The notes under the pieces: model-generated
Seen by the model: only the letters and a program-made list of their open reading frames with translations
What the model was told of the DNA's origin: nothing
Databases searched by the model: none
Origin: a virus
Virus record (IMG/VR): IMGVR_UViG_3300044712_002690
Location: 114,985-178,984 of that record
DNA length: 64,000 bases
Strand: one strand, 5' to 3'
Translations under genes and position numbers: made by a program
Shown: in pieces, positions 19,829 through 33,575 of the stretch
Numbering within the stretch: the stretch's first letter is position 1
How the letters are laid out: each line of letters opens with the position of its first letter

Positions 19829-20319
19829 TATATCTTACCTTTTCTAAGAAGAGAAAGACATTTATGGGTAAGAGCTTCTCTTGTATAAATTTTTTCTTCT
19901 TTCAACTTTTCAATTTTTCTTGAATTCTTATCATTTATAAAAGATACCATTTCCCCTATTGCTCTAGAAAAAGCAATTTCCTTTCCTATTTTTTCATCAA
20001 ATACATCACCTTCAGTTATATTACAATAGGATTTACCTTGAAAGTAATGAGGTTCACGAAGTACATCATAATCAACTACAATAGTACAAATTGTAACTGT
20101 GTTATTAAAACTTTGAAAGTATACTGTAAAGTCAGCACCAAGTATATTAATTGAAAATCCTTTCTTTTTTCTAGGTGGTGTTTTAATCAATTCTACTTCA
20201 TCAATACTAACAACGAAAGTAGCACCAGACAAATCAGAAGTACAAACAACTGTTGGTTTTCCTTCTTCATATTGTTTAATTTGAAATACTTGACCTGTTT
20301 CTTTTAATTTGGCTTTCAT
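19828..20319 (-). CDS. Phage protein with Gp49/Sf6-gp66-like C-terminal motif
   Basis: YC...GDVFDEKIGKEIAFSRA. Confidence 0.45.
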   Translation of the reverse strand: MKAKLKETGQVFQIKQYEEGKPTVVCTSDLSGATFVVSIDEVELIKTPPRKKKGFSINILGADFTVYFQSFNNTVTICTIVVDYDVLREPHYFQGKSYCNITEGDVFDEKIGKEIAFSRAIGEMVSFINDKNSRKIEKLKEEKIYTREALTHKCLSLLRKGKI

Positions 20320-20330
20320 TTTTCTGATCC

Positions 20331-22327
20331 TTACTTAAGAGATTTAAATTTAGCTATGATCGGATTGGCAAGAGCTTTACATGGTACAAATAGATCTATA
20401 AGAAAGTCTTTTTTACTTTCATACTTATTATCCATTAGATTCCAAAATGCTTTCAATATACTCCAAAAGAATGCTACCCCAAATGTTACTATGATAGCAA
20501 AAGTAAATGTAAGGAATATTGAAAACAACCCATCAGTAAATCTTTCAACCATTCTGTTTCTCCTCAAGTAATTTAATTAGATTATCTATTCTAGATAATG
20601 ATCTTTCTAAATAGTGAATGCTAGATTCAGCAGAACTACAAACCTCATTAGATTCGTCATCCATAAAAGGACTAAGGTCGCGTATCATATTTGTAATAGA
20701 CAAACTAACTGATTTAAGTTTACCTAAACTTAATTTGATACTCATTTTTTAGTTTCCTTTTTTATTTTCTTATGAGCGTAATCTGTTACTAATTGATCCA
20801 CACTATTAACTAGTGCATCTACTACTGCTTCTATATTAGGACAATGTGTTTTGTTAACAACAGGACCACATAAACTAGTTATATATGAATGTATAATATC
20901 TTTTTTAAACTTGTCTCTTCTGAAATGTGTATCGTTTGTCATGAAACTCAATTCCTCCTAATCTACGAATAGTCCTCTTTTTTGTCTAAGTGATTTAATG
21001 CAAAAAGAAACGCATAATTGATCAGTATTAACAGTTTTCATTTCTTCCTCATTAAATTTTAATGTGTTTAAATTTTTTGTAAGTGATTCTTTACATTCTT
21101 CAAAGCAATCTTTCCATTCACTAGTAGTAAAAGGTTTTTCATAGTTCTGTGCACAGCACAAAAAAGAAAAACAAACAATACTAGTAGTTATTATCCACCT
21201 CATACTGAACCTATTTACAAGTAATATAGCTTATTTCATTGTTACAAGTTCTATGTATAACATATGTTCCTGTATACTTTTCGCAGTAGTATATAGTTTC
21301 TGCCCACTGCCGTGTTAATTTTTCACCATCACATGCTTGAGTCGATACACAAGTTGATTTAGCTGAGCACCCAATAATTAAAGTAGCTACTATACAAAGA
21401 AGATATTTCATTTAATTTCTCCACTACTGATCTTTTTATTATAATAAAGAGATACAATTAAAGTAACTACGATTGTAACAGGAATAAAACTACAAGCAAA
21501 AGCAAAACCAATAACTAAACTTACAAGTAGTAAATTATTAAAAAAAGGTTCATTTGAAAAACATAATGCATGGCTACACATAAAGTCGGTATATGTAATA
21601 GCAAGAGTTAATAAAACAATTAAAACAAGACCAACAAGAAAAGCAATTCCTTCTATTTTTAAGACTTTAATAGCTATCTTTTTTAACATTTAATTCACCT
21701 GATTTTTATCATATTCTCTAATTAATTCAATAGCACGAAATACACCTGTAGCTTTTTGCTTCATTCCTGCTATTGTTAATTTTTTATAGTCTTCTTGTAG
21801 AATACTAATTATTTCTTTTATTATATCACTGTTCATCTTTTTCCTTCCATTCGATTAAAATGTCATCACCTTTTTTATTTTTTACTTCAGTAAGTACAGG
21901 TTTTTTAAAAGCAGTCCCCATAAGTTTATATCCAAGTTTTAAATCCTTAACATTGTCCCCACCAAGTTCTTTGGGGTCAATAGTCCATCCTTCAACTTTA
22001 CCTTTTTTATTGTAATAAACTTCATGTATACCAAAAGTAATACAATCTTCTTTTGCAGAATCAGGAAATTGACTACTTAAATCTCGTCGAATAATTCTAT
22101 AATCCCAATTCATTTCATATCCTTAGTTATTCAATTTTATCTACAATATTAGAAACACATTCTAACATTCTTTCGATTACATCCTCAGAACATTCCATTT
22201 TTTTATTGTAAACTTTAATTAGTATTTCTCTTAGAGTAACTAAAGTGCTATACATCTCTGAACTATTATTGAATATTTTATATTCTACTGCTTCTTCTGG
22301 CAAATTAAATTCTATTGTAGCTCTCAT
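20331..22327 (-). other. Run of about 9 small hypothetical genes, including membrane and secreted proteins
   Basis: Tightly packed 48-95 aa ORFs; 21211..21411 has a lipobox-like LIIGC; 21408..21689 has two TM helices. Confidence 0.6.
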
Positions 22328-22917
22328 TTCTTTATACCTGTTAATTCTATAAAATAAGGAAGTGTCTCAATCCATTTACAAAAGGTTCCCCAATCCTCTT
22401 TTAATTTATGAGTATGTCTTTGATTCCAAATAGTAAGTAATTGCATATAGTTTGTACTAACACGCATAGTTAATTCAATTCCCATTGGACAATTAGAAAG
22501 CAATCTCATATAATTTTCATAAGTAGGATTAGAATTATATTCATCTTGAAGAATTTGTAAATTTCTAATAACATCTTCTTGAACATATTTATTCATACAT
22601 TCTTCTAAATTCATTTTACTGAGCTTATGCATCTTACTCGAGCTAGACACGATTTGAGCGAAGTGATATCGTTGAAATTGCATAGACCAATAAGCAGGGT
22701 AAGTAACATCAAATTGAACTATAACTCCCGTAAGGAAATTTCCGTGCCCAGAATTAGAAGGAGTGTTTCCTAATTTTTGTGAACGTAAGAATCTTGGATC
22801 TGCACTTGATAGCTTTTCCTTTTCTACATCTACAGGAAATTCAGTACGCATTGGGTAGCCTGAAGCAATCATACTTTCATCTAATCCATATACATTTACA
22901 TTACTTATTGTTAGCAT
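22324..22917 (-). CDS. ThyX-like flavin-dependent thymidylate synthase homologue (divergent phage family)
   Basis: SGHGNFLTG...QFD...QRYHFAQIVSSSSKMH...STNYMQLLTIWNQR...LKEDW; RHRx7S motif present as RYHx7S. Confidence 0.6.
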   Translation of the reverse strand: MLTISNVNVYGLDESMIASGYPMRTEFPVDVEKEKLSSADPRFLRSQKLGNTPSNSGHGNFLTGVIVQFDVTYPAYWSMQFQRYHFAQIVSSSSKMHKLSKMNLEECMNKYVQEDVIRNLQILQDEYNSNPTYENYMRLLSNCPMGIELTMRVSTNYMQLLTIWNQRHTHKLKEDWGTFCKWIETLPYFIELTGIKK

Positions 22918-23492
22918 TTTATATCCTTAGTCATTTCATCAATAATTTTGAGGTAAAATACGTATTCATTTACTTGTTCTGCTAAGTACTTATTATCCTT
23001 ACCTAAGTTCTGATGTTTTTCAATCCATTCTTTTACAGGATATTTTAAACAACCAATATCAACTATACCATCTGAATATAAAAGTGTGTGTCGTGTACCA
23101 TATATACAAATGATTGGAAGTTTAATGTTTTTAGCTTTAAACAGATTTGCTCCAAAAAGATTGGCACCAAATATATTAACTCCCTCTAAATCAGCTTCTC
23201 TTAAATCTGCTGCATATAGGTTAGCACCTGTAAAGTCTACATTTTTTAGACAAGCTCCTCTAAAGGTGGCACCAACTAAATTTGTACCCATCATAACGGA
23301 ACCAGTAAGATTAGAGCCTTGAAAATCTGCTTTAGATAAGTCATTACCAGAAGCAACAAGACCTTGTAGATTAAATCCTTTTAAATCAGCACCCTCAAGA
23401 TTTTTATTCTTTTCAATAGCTTCTCTTATTCCAGTATATTCACCTGAAAGGATAATTTTATTTTCAAGTCTACTTTTAATTTGTACTAACAT
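22911..23492 (-). CDS. Pentapeptide-repeat protein
   Basis: A(D/N)Lxx-type repeats (ADLKG FNLQG ... ANLYA ADLRE ADLEG ... ANLFG ANLFK) followed by an IGC..W tail. Confidence 0.9.
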   Translation of the reverse strand: MLVQIKSRLENKIILSGEYTGIREAIEKNKNLEGADLKGFNLQGLVASGNDLSKADFQGSNLTGSVMMGTNLVGATFRGACLKNVDFTGANLYAADLREADLEGVNIFGANLFGANLFKAKNIKLPIICIYGTRHTLLYSDGIVDIGCLKYPVKEWIEKHQNLGKDNKYLAEQVNEYVFYLKIIDEMTKDIKC

Positions 23493-23995
23493 TACTTAGT
23501 TCTCCTCATTATAACAAACTTCCAATTTCCATTATAGTGTCCTTCTGAATCAGAAATATAAAATAAAATATATTTAAAAGAAAACCAAGTATCTAATTGT
23601 TTACATAATGTAGATTCTTCTGCATGAAATACAACAAACTCAGGCAGGCTTTTAAGAGATCCTATCATTACAGCCATACCTTTATGTACAAAGGATACAA
23701 TATCAATGATATAATATACGTCATTAAATCTATTATAAAATTGATTAAATTGAATTGGAGAAGAAGTAGAAAATGTTTGATGATCGATTTCTCTAATAAA
23801 ATCAAAAAAATCATCACTAGGATAAGATAGTTTTCTTAAAATAAGAAATCCTTTATATTCTCCATTGATTTGAATATATTTTACAATATTAGGTTCTTTA
23901 CATTCATCTGAGAATTGTTCATAATCAAATTGTATATCCTCATCGAATGCTTGTTGTTCTAATTTGTATAGTTGTTTAACTATTTCTTCTTTCAT
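23492..23995 (-). CDS. Hypothetical protein, possibly GNAT-like fold
   Basis: LEQQAF...KGFLIL...YIIDIVS pattern; weak. Confidence 0.3.
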   Translation of the reverse strand: MKEEIVKQLYKLEQQAFDEDIQFDYEQFSDECKEPNIVKYIQINGEYKGFLILRKLSYPSDDFFDFIREIDHQTFSTSSPIQFNQFYNRFNDVYYIIDIVSFVHKGMAVMIGSLKSLPEFVVFHAEESTLCKQLDTWFSFKYILFYISDSEGHYNGNWKFVIMRRTK

Positions 23996-26900
23996 ATTAT
24001 CTTCTTTTTCTACGTTTTTCTAATTTTTTGATTTTTTCTAAAAGTAGTCCATTTACTTTAATATGAAGACTAATAGTATCTTGCTGCAATTCATCGATTT
24101 TTTCCCAATAGGTTTTCTCCGCTTTTCTCTTTATATAGAAATAAATAGAAGCGATTGTAACACCTACATTTATACCAAGTAGACAAAATAGTATATTATA
24201 TAATATATCCATTTTTAATTTCTCTCCTTATGAACTTAAAATTAATCAACTCTACCACATCTTTTCATGCCAAACTTTTAATACAATACCTAGAAAAATT
24301 AGAAGTGCTAGTAGACTTAGTATTGCTATTGCTTTAAGGATAATCATTTATTTCCTACACCTTTCATGATTGATTTCGCAATAAATACAATTACAATGAT
24401 GTCCGAAATTATCCCACCAAATATAATGTTCTCTATTTCCTTCTTCTATAACATGAGGAATAATTATGTTACCACAAGTACAAATTTTATGTTTTTCAGA
24501 ATGCATAGTAATAGATATTGAGTCAAGCATTAAATTTCATATCCTCCTCTTATTTCAATAGTCTTAAAAAACTCTCTTTCTGCTTCAAGTCCTTTAACAT
24601 AAATTTCAATTAGTTTCTGTAATCTAGCAATTTCTTTTTTGTCTTCTTTTGTATTATTGTCAACATATTTAAGAAAATCATACATTACACCAATAGCTTC
24701 CCATGCTGAATCATTATATAGCCATTCTTTAGGATCATCTAATAATTCGAGTTCCTCATTAAATTTTTCCATTTCATCATATGCAGTATTATATCCTTCT
24801 ATGAAATCAAGATATTGCTTACGCTTATTTTTAATATCTGTATAGGGATTCCATTCAACAAAATCTATCCAATTATCTTTTTTATACGGATTCAAATTAA
24901 ACTTCTTGAAATAAGCTTTAATTTCTTTGGTATTATCTCTACCAATCATGTACATATAATCATAACCTTCTTGATAGGCTTTACTTTTCTTTTTCATTTA
25001 TTGTATTCTCACAACATTTTTTATTTTTTTCTGGAAACAAATTAGGGGGATTACTTGTTCCACTTTGCTGTTTATTTAAATACTCCATACAAGATTCTAA
25101 AAATTCATATAAATTGCTTTTCATATATCCCCCTTAATCACATAAGGAAATCTAGGTATTCCTTCTTCATATTCAAGTTCTATACCTCTAATTATTTTAT
25201 ATTCTATTGATTCAGGTTCACCTGATTGTTCCATATCATTTTCACATTCTTCTCTTGTATCATATTCCCCAAAATAACGCCAATGATAATCACCCCCATG
25301 AGGATATTTAGAGAATAAGAAGTATGTTTCTTTTTGTTTTGGTATTTCAACTTCGACAAGATTACTTTTCTTTTTCATTTTTACCTCTATGCTTATTATA
25401 TCGTCTATCTTCTCTTTTAATCTCTTCTTTTATTCCTTTGTCGATAATAGTTCCTTCATATTGTTTAAGAAATTTAATCTTCTTTTTATGTTTTTTCATT
25501 TAATTATGCCTCGTACTAAATGAGATTACAGCTTCCTTATATTCTTTTAATTCTTTTTTAACTTTATACAATTCTCTTTTCAATTGTCTATTCTGATATA
25601 AAGCAGATTCTAATTCTAATCTTAGTACTTCAGAATCCATATTATCTAGCCATTCTTTTTCTTGTTTTGCATTCATAATTTAATTACTCTCCGAACAAGA
25701 GGAACAATGCGGAATAATAATACCATCTTTTTCAGAAAAGAATTCTTTATGAAACTCACATCTTGCTCCATATTCTCGAGGATAAGAAGGATACCCTTTA
25801 TCTGAATCACCGCCCCAATTATAATAATAACAGGATGAACTAGTGTGATTTTTATTATCATCGTTCATTTGTCTTCTTTATACCTTGTTTTAATTATACG
25901 AATAATTTCTTTAATAAGTAACTGTCTATTATGATTACTATATCCTGTATTTCCTACATGGAACGTCCACCATTGATCTAATACACTCCCCAACTGTTCC
26001 TCTATAGGGATAAACTTCTCATTCTCTTGAACTATAAAGCCACCTTCAAATGAAATTTTATCGCTATCAATATTTTCTTGTGTAACATCTTTTAATGTTT
26101 TCATTTTTCGTCTTTCTTAATCCATCCTCTAAGTTTATCCTCTTCATCCATAGCATAAATCTTAAACCACATTAAAGTATCTATCATTTCATCATGCAAT
26201 TCTAGTGTTATAGTTCCATTCAAATATAAAAAGTGTATAAAATTGTATAACTTACGCCATTCATCCCACATACTTATAGATTCTCTTATTTTTTCCATAC
26301 AATTATCACATTTCATTTTTTATTCCTCCTGATGAGGTACAGTTATAGTTATTCTTTTTCTTGTATACATATTCATTCGATAATCACAATCACTCATAGC
26401 CCATGCCAATATATCTTCAATTGGTTGATCCCTTGAAAATATTTTTGTTTCCTGCCATGCTTCACCAGTTTCAGAATTTCCAGCAGACATATCTTTAATT
26501 GCTATTACTGTTCTTATCATTTTTCTTCCTCCCAATCTTCCCAATATTCACACGATCCCCATTTGTCAATTAAAAGATGAGAACCAATACCTTCAGGAAC
26601 AGGTTTATGACCACACCATGTTTCATTATGAAAAGAATCATAGTTTCTATGTTTACAATTCATACATGGTTTATCCTTACAAGGTTCTTCATACATTATT
26701 TTTCTCCCAATACTCACACTCAAAATCTTCAGCAGTTTCCTTTTCAGTTAAAGTCATACAACCATGCATTAAACAAATACCCATAAATCTATCATTTGCT
26801 TTACAGTTGAAACAACCCCTTTTACTTTTACATGTATGTATCTTAGAACCAAATATAGTTTTACCACATTGTTCACAAACATGATGACCTCCACCATATT

Positions 26901-29336
26901 TTACGTCTTTTTTCATTTCTTTTCTTCCTTATATAAAGGTAAAGGACACCAATCAGGTATTTCATTCTCATAATCGCCGGTAATTAATTTTCCTTCGTTA
27001 GATTCAAAAGTACATATATGAGTAGCTCCATATGAATCATTAGGACACATATCACTACACTGAAAACAATTAGATATTATTCTTTTAGTCATAAGTTACC
27101 TTCAGACAATTTCTTTTTTAATGTGGAGAAATCTATTTCTGGTTCTGTTTTTACATGTTCTATAAATCGTTCTATTATGTATTTAGTTCCTTTACCCATT
27201 TCAATTAATATATTATCTCTTCTCATAAAAGAATTATAACAAGTTAAACATTTATAACTACTCATATCTATTTCATGAAAAAATGATTCTACTTTTGTCA
27301 AACCATATTCTCTGCAAATAGGACAAACAATATTTACTTTTTCAACGTTCATAATGTTTTCTCATGCATCCTATTTCTTCTTTTTCTTAGATCAATTAAA
27401 TAAGCATCCTGCTCTTCTTTAGTCATTACCATCATAGCAAAAATATCCATATCTAATGATTTATGGAACTCATCATTACCATTATATTTTTTATCAATAG
27501 CAAGTTTAATATTCTTATTCCAAATTTTCCATTTAGTTCTTCGATAAAAATCTTTTACATTATAAAGAAAGATATCAGTAGCATAAATAGCTATATTAAT
27601 ATCTTTCCATATACCCCAATTATAATCACTCATACTTCTTTTTCAACCTGTTCTTTTTAAAAAATTCATGCAAAGTACAATCATCAATATCACACCCTTC
27701 ATTGCACAGTTCTAATTTCTCCGTAATAATTGTATGATATTCTTCCTTTTTGTTTACATAAGTTTCGATTACTTCATATACATACTTGCCACCTCGCCAT
27801 GCTTCTTCCGCACGACCAGAATCAATAGCTTTAGTTAGATTACTAAATATTCCTAGTAGATAACTATGATTCTCATGTGATCCCCAACGGTACATCATTA
27901 CTACATATAGTCTTTTATGAAAGAGTTTGTTTAGTTTGATTAGAAATTTCATCCTAAATCTCCTTTGGAAATTGCATACATTCCTGCACCTAATAAATTA
28001 GATAGAATTAAAACACCAAAAGAAATATTTCCATATATTTGATATATGAATAGGTCAACCAGCACTGCAAGTGTAAAACAAACAATAGTTCTCATTTCGC
28101 TAACCCTTTCTTTTTCCAATCTTTTAACATATTTGTTAAACTTTCAATATCTTTTCGTTGTTCCTCTACCGTCATCTTCATTTTCCAAACATCACAATCA
28201 CTACAAAAATCAAGCCCCTCTTCACTATGTTCTACATCAACAGGTTCGCAATCTGCACATTTGATTTTCATAATGTTTCCAATATGGGTTCATTATTTGT
28301 CGGCATTTTCTTTCCTTTTCTCACTAACAAATCCTTTAGCAATATCCTTATGACCACAATCCAAACAAATACCAGTATCATCAAAATTACTTTTAAGATT
28401 CACACTATAACACTTCGGACATTGAACAATCATTTCAATTTTAGTTTCCATTTTGTTACTCCTCTATCTCTTCAATTTGCATATCAGCATTAGACCAACC
28501 TTTATCATAATCAACTGAAGGAGGAATAGTTACTTCTTCAGCAAACTCTTTAATGTCTTCCCAATTTATATTATTATAGGCCCAATCAATTAATTCAGAA
28601 TTATCACTCAAGGAATATTCATACTCTTTTTTGTACTCTTCCGAATTGGTATCAAAACCATCTACATTACAAGCATAATAATAAGCTCTAGTTCTTGCTA
28701 TTATTTCTGCCGGTATTTTATAGGTTCTTCTGTCTGTAAAAGTAACAAACAAATATTTTATTTTCATTTTTTATTATACCAATCCTTTATAGATTCTCTT
28801 AATTCAACACAACACTTGTAGCAAAGATCATCATATTTAACAGTATCTCCTGAACCACCACAATCCTTTCCCATTTTATATTTAAAATATAGTGATCCTT
28901 CTCCTTGCCAACCGTTATACATAGTGGTTATATCTTGTTTACATTTATCACAAATTACTTTGGTTGTTTTCATTTTTAGTATTCCGTCGAACAAATTATA
29001 TAAGGTTCAGTTTTTTGATCCAGAATTAGTGCATTTTGAAAAGAAAGAAATACAGATAAATAAAAACCTCTGCAATCAAACTTAACTTCCATTTTTAATG
29101 GAGTATTTTCAATGTCTTTTATATTTCTATCAGTTAAGATAAGTTTTTTTAAGGAATCCCATGTAGGTACTTCTTCTTCATTAAATCCGTACCACATTCC
29201 TTCTTTATTAACATCTACTTCTCTGCAAAAAGTAAGTTCAGCATCATCACCATATTCTTTAAAATAAAACTCTACTGCATCTTTTTTTGATTTAGCCGCT
29301 ACATGATCAGTAGTATTCATTTTAAATACTTTCATT

Positions 29337-29549
29337 TCATACGGATTCATGATTAGTTACCTTATTCCAAATTTTTTCTGCTGTCTTTATATCTTTGTAA
29401 TAACCTGTCCTTCCACCACATTTTTTACAATACACATATCTAAATGGGTTTCCTAATTGCTGTTCATGTGTATCATATGAAGAAAATATAGTACTAGGAT
29501 CATCATTTCCACAAAAAGGACAAGCACCTAACCTATATTTTGAATCCAT
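29337..29549 (-). CDS. Lar-family (restriction alleviation) zinc-finger protein
   Basis: CPFCG...VYCKKCGGRTG...AEKIWN. Confidence 0.7.
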   Translation of the reverse strand: MDSKYRLGACPFCGNDDPSTIFSSYDTHEQQLGNPFRYVYCKKCGGRTGYYKDIKTAEKIWNKVTNHESV

Positions 29550-32500
29550 TTTATTTCTCCTGTAATTCTTCTAAAAGAAATTTAATCATCTCCAAAGTAC
29601 TTTGTTCAGTATCACTTATCAGCATTCCACCAAATCCCCACTCATTTTCACACAGTCCTTCAGATTTTAACTTTATACAATACCTGATAAATTCTAATTC
29701 TTTTTTATAATCTGGTTTCATTATCCCTCCTACGATAATAAATGATTATACTTTCTGTAATACTCAACAACTTTTTCTAAAAATTCTTCAGAGTCTTCTC
29801 TTTTCATTTTATAAAAAGATTCCATTGTATTTTCTACGGAGGTACCGGAATGAGTTAAGTTAAACATTAATGTATTTGAATAAGGATTCTCAATTCTTCC
29901 TCCACCACAATAAGCGTGATCTTTTTTACGCTTGTTTATTACATTTTTTATATAAAAAGAGTAAAAGACAATAAAACAAAAAAACAATGTAGTTAAAAAG
30001 GTTGTAAGAAAAATAAATACTTCTGTTGACATAATTAACCTATCCTTTTAATATCTGGATTTTCTTTCATTCCTTCTGCCATCCAATCCATAATGTCATA
30101 CAAATACAAATCCTCATCAACTTTATATAGTACCTGATTAACAAGCAATACAGGAGGTTTTATTGCTAACAGTTCAATTTTTGCTCTATCTGAAATAAGT
30201 AAATAAATCTTTTTAGGTGTGCTCATATTACTTCCTCCAAGTTAACCCAACAAGGTTCTTCCATATCACCTAAATCTTCTTTAGCATCATGATTAATACA
30301 ATCAGGATTAGAACAATACCATCTATAATCCCATTGTTTACCTTGAGTAACTACTACAGGATAACCACAAGATTTACAATGTCCGGTGAACCATGAGCAA
30401 GTTGGTTTAGGTTTACTTGGTAGATGGGCTATTATTTGCATTTTTTCCACTCCTTCAATATCTCTTCAAACAAATAATCAGTCAATGTATGAATTTCTGC
30501 TTTACCTGATTCTGAATCAAGTTCTCCATTAGAGAGCATATCAACTAGAGGTCTTCCTACTTTATCATTATAACATCTATATTCTAAAAGCAAAGTTTCA
30601 ATTTTATCGCACAGTCTACTTACAACAGACTCTTTCCACAATCCACCCATAATAGCTTCTTCTTTGCAAAGCTTATTTATGGTGATAATATTATATCCTT
30701 TATTTATATACTTACCAGCATCTTCATTAATAGTATATTCAGTAGATAGAATGTATCTATTATACACATCTTTTTTATTACCAACAACATCGGTATTTTG
30801 ATTAGAATACCAAATTTCAAATAGATAAGCTTCTTCCATTTTCATTCCATCCTTTAAGTAGTATATAGGATCATCTATTGTTCTTGCTGTCCACATATTA
30901 ATTCTTCTTTATAAATAACATGGTGAGTCATCAATAGTAAAATTTTCATCTAATGCTCTAATCCTTTCCCTATAACTTTCAATACCAGTATCACCAGACA
31001 TATACCACTCAAGCTCATAAGCACGTTTAGCATCTTCTCTTAAATCTTTAATGAGATTAATTACTTCTGCTTTTATCCATGCTTTATCTCTATTATCATT
31101 ACAATTATTATAAATTTCACCAGAATTAAGATCAGCTTCTATTTCATCAGCTAGATCATTTAAAATTTGATATTTATAATTATAATGTCCACCACTCATT
31201 TTGCTTCCTCACTAAAAAAGTATTCTCTATATCCTTTCAACCACTTTTCAATAACACACAAATAACAAGTATGAACCATATCTGTACAATCACCACAATG
31301 TTTTGCACTTAGTTTATCAGGATTAGGTAGAAAAGATAAAAAGGATGTTAGCCATTCTTCAGAACAATCTTCTTTTTGAATAATCCAATCTTTGAATGAT
31401 AGTTTATTCATTTACAAATATCCTGATAAAGCATTATTGAAAGTTTATAAATACTAAAACAACCTGCCCCAATAATAAAAGGCAGTAAACCAAATACCTA
31501 ACGCATAAAATAGTTTGAATTAGTAAAACTATCATTACCTAATTTCATAATTATTTTATCCATGAGATATCCAACTAGATAAGGAATAAAAATAATTCCT
31601 ATCCAAAAACCAACTACACCAATAATTCCTGATATACACATGTTATTTATTCTCCTCTTTTTTCTTTTCTTCTATATAAGCATCAAATTGTTTACCAGCT
31701 TCTAACAATTCATTATAATGTTTGTACATTCTATCCATTGTCTCTTGATCTAATTTCTCAGGATTATTCATTCTGTCAAGAAACTTTTTTGCATCATCAC
31801 CGCTAATAATACCTAATTCAGTAAATTTCTTTTTATAGTATAAACTAGTTACCCACCATCCAAAAAACATTCCACAAAAGAAAAGTAAGATACTGTTTAT
31901 AATAAGCAACGGTATATTCATTTAATTAACCCCAATACATCATTTGAATCATTATAAATAATAGTATTCCTAATACTGCTCCACCGATGCAAAGATATTC
32001 AGTTTTCATTTTTGTCCCTCAATTCTAAATTATAACAATCTTTAGCTATAGCAATAAGCTCTTCTTTACTACTTAAACATTCATCGAATACAAGATGAGT
32101 TAAACCACCACTTTCACTGAAATAGCTCCATCCACCAGCTTCATTTTTAACTTTGTATAAAGATATGCCATTAGATAATTCACCTACTTTATGTAAGTCT
32201 TCTGGTACATGTATCATATCTTGTAGACTAGTCATTTTTAGTATTCCTATACGGTTCGGTTAATTCACCCGTTTCAGTATATATACCTGTAGACATAAGA
32301 AACCTTCTTGCTTCTTCTTTATCTACAGATACTCTTTTAGCATAAGCTTTTATTTCTTTAAGTAATTGTTTATATTCTTTATCAGTCATTTATCATCCCC
32401 CAAAGGACACCAAGGCGGATAATCTATAACACTAAATAAATCAGTGTCCCTATATTCTTCACGATGTTCAATACCACAAGCCATTATTTCTGACCGATTA

Positions 32501-32563
32501 GTTCCATCACTAATTGCTTTACGAACAAAGCTTCTATGAGGGCAATGATGACAACTAGATACT

Positions 32564-33379
32564 TTAATTATTTTCATTTCTTTGCCTTTTTTCAAATGCA
32601 TCTTTAATAAGAGCAGTAATACCTACAAGTTCAAGATATGTTAGTTTATCAATAGATTCTTTTGCATATTTTTTCATTTCTTCAATTTCAATCATTCTTT
32701 TAAACCCATCATCACTATTAAATTCATCCATCAATTTCTTTTCATATTTAAATGTAACAGGCTTTATAGGAGTCATTATTTGACCGATATTCATACCACA
32801 ATGTTTACATTTACCACCATCATTTTCAAAATCATGATTACAAGTATTTTGTAGAGCAATCAATTTTTCCTCAATAACTTTTATTCTATTTTCAATGCTT
32901 TTTCTATCAATAATTCTTTCTTCCAGTGTTTGAGCTAGTAGTGTTTCAAGTGTATATAATTCACACTCTAATCCTTCTTTTTCTTCCATATACAAAAAGT
33001 TAGCATCTTGCCCCATTGTTTTAACTGTTTCCGCCATAACTTTACCATCACTACATTCACATTCTACTATAAGATCAGGATCAGTAGGATGATCTACCCA
33101 ACCAGTACCGTTACAATAAGTACAGGTTGTTATGCTATATAAATCTTCTCTAATAAAATTAAAAACTTTATCTACTTCTTTATACGGATCAAATATATTT
33201 GCAAATCTAACTTTTAATTCTTCTAAGACTTCTTCTACATCAATTGTCTTAAATTGTTTTATTTTTGTTTTAACTTCAACTATATGTTTTGTGTATTGAC
33301 GTCTAGGGCCATCAATTGCAACAGCCATATGTTTTTCAAGTACATTTATAACTGCACTAGTATTAAGTAGAAATTTCAT
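32564..33379 (-). CDS. Coiled-coil protein with zinc-binding motifs
   Basis: CTYCNGTG...CECSDG and CNHDF...CKHCG. Confidence 0.55.
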   Translation of the reverse strand: MKFLLNTSAVINVLEKHMAVAIDGPRRQYTKHIVEVKTKIKQFKTIDVEEVLEELKVRFANIFDPYKEVDKVFNFIREDLYSITTCTYCNGTGWVDHPTDPDLIVECECSDGKVMAETVKTMGQDANFLYMEEKEGLECELYTLETLLAQTLEERIIDRKSIENRIKVIEEKLIALQNTCNHDFENDGGKCKHCGMNIGQIMTPIKPVTFKYEKKLMDEFNSDDGFKRMIEIEEMKKYAKESIDKLTYLELVGITALIKDAFEKRQRNENN

Positions 33380-33575
33380 TTTTCTTCCTCTTCAAATGTA
33401 AAGCAACTACAATATTTACAACCTACAGCTTCCATAACTTCATGATATATATTAGGATAGCTGTCAAAATGCCTATAATAAGGATGACCGCACTTACAAA
33501 TACGATCATCACCATATTTAGGATTATATTTCCTAACAATTATAGTTTCTTCAAGATAAGGCTTTTCGTTGTTCA

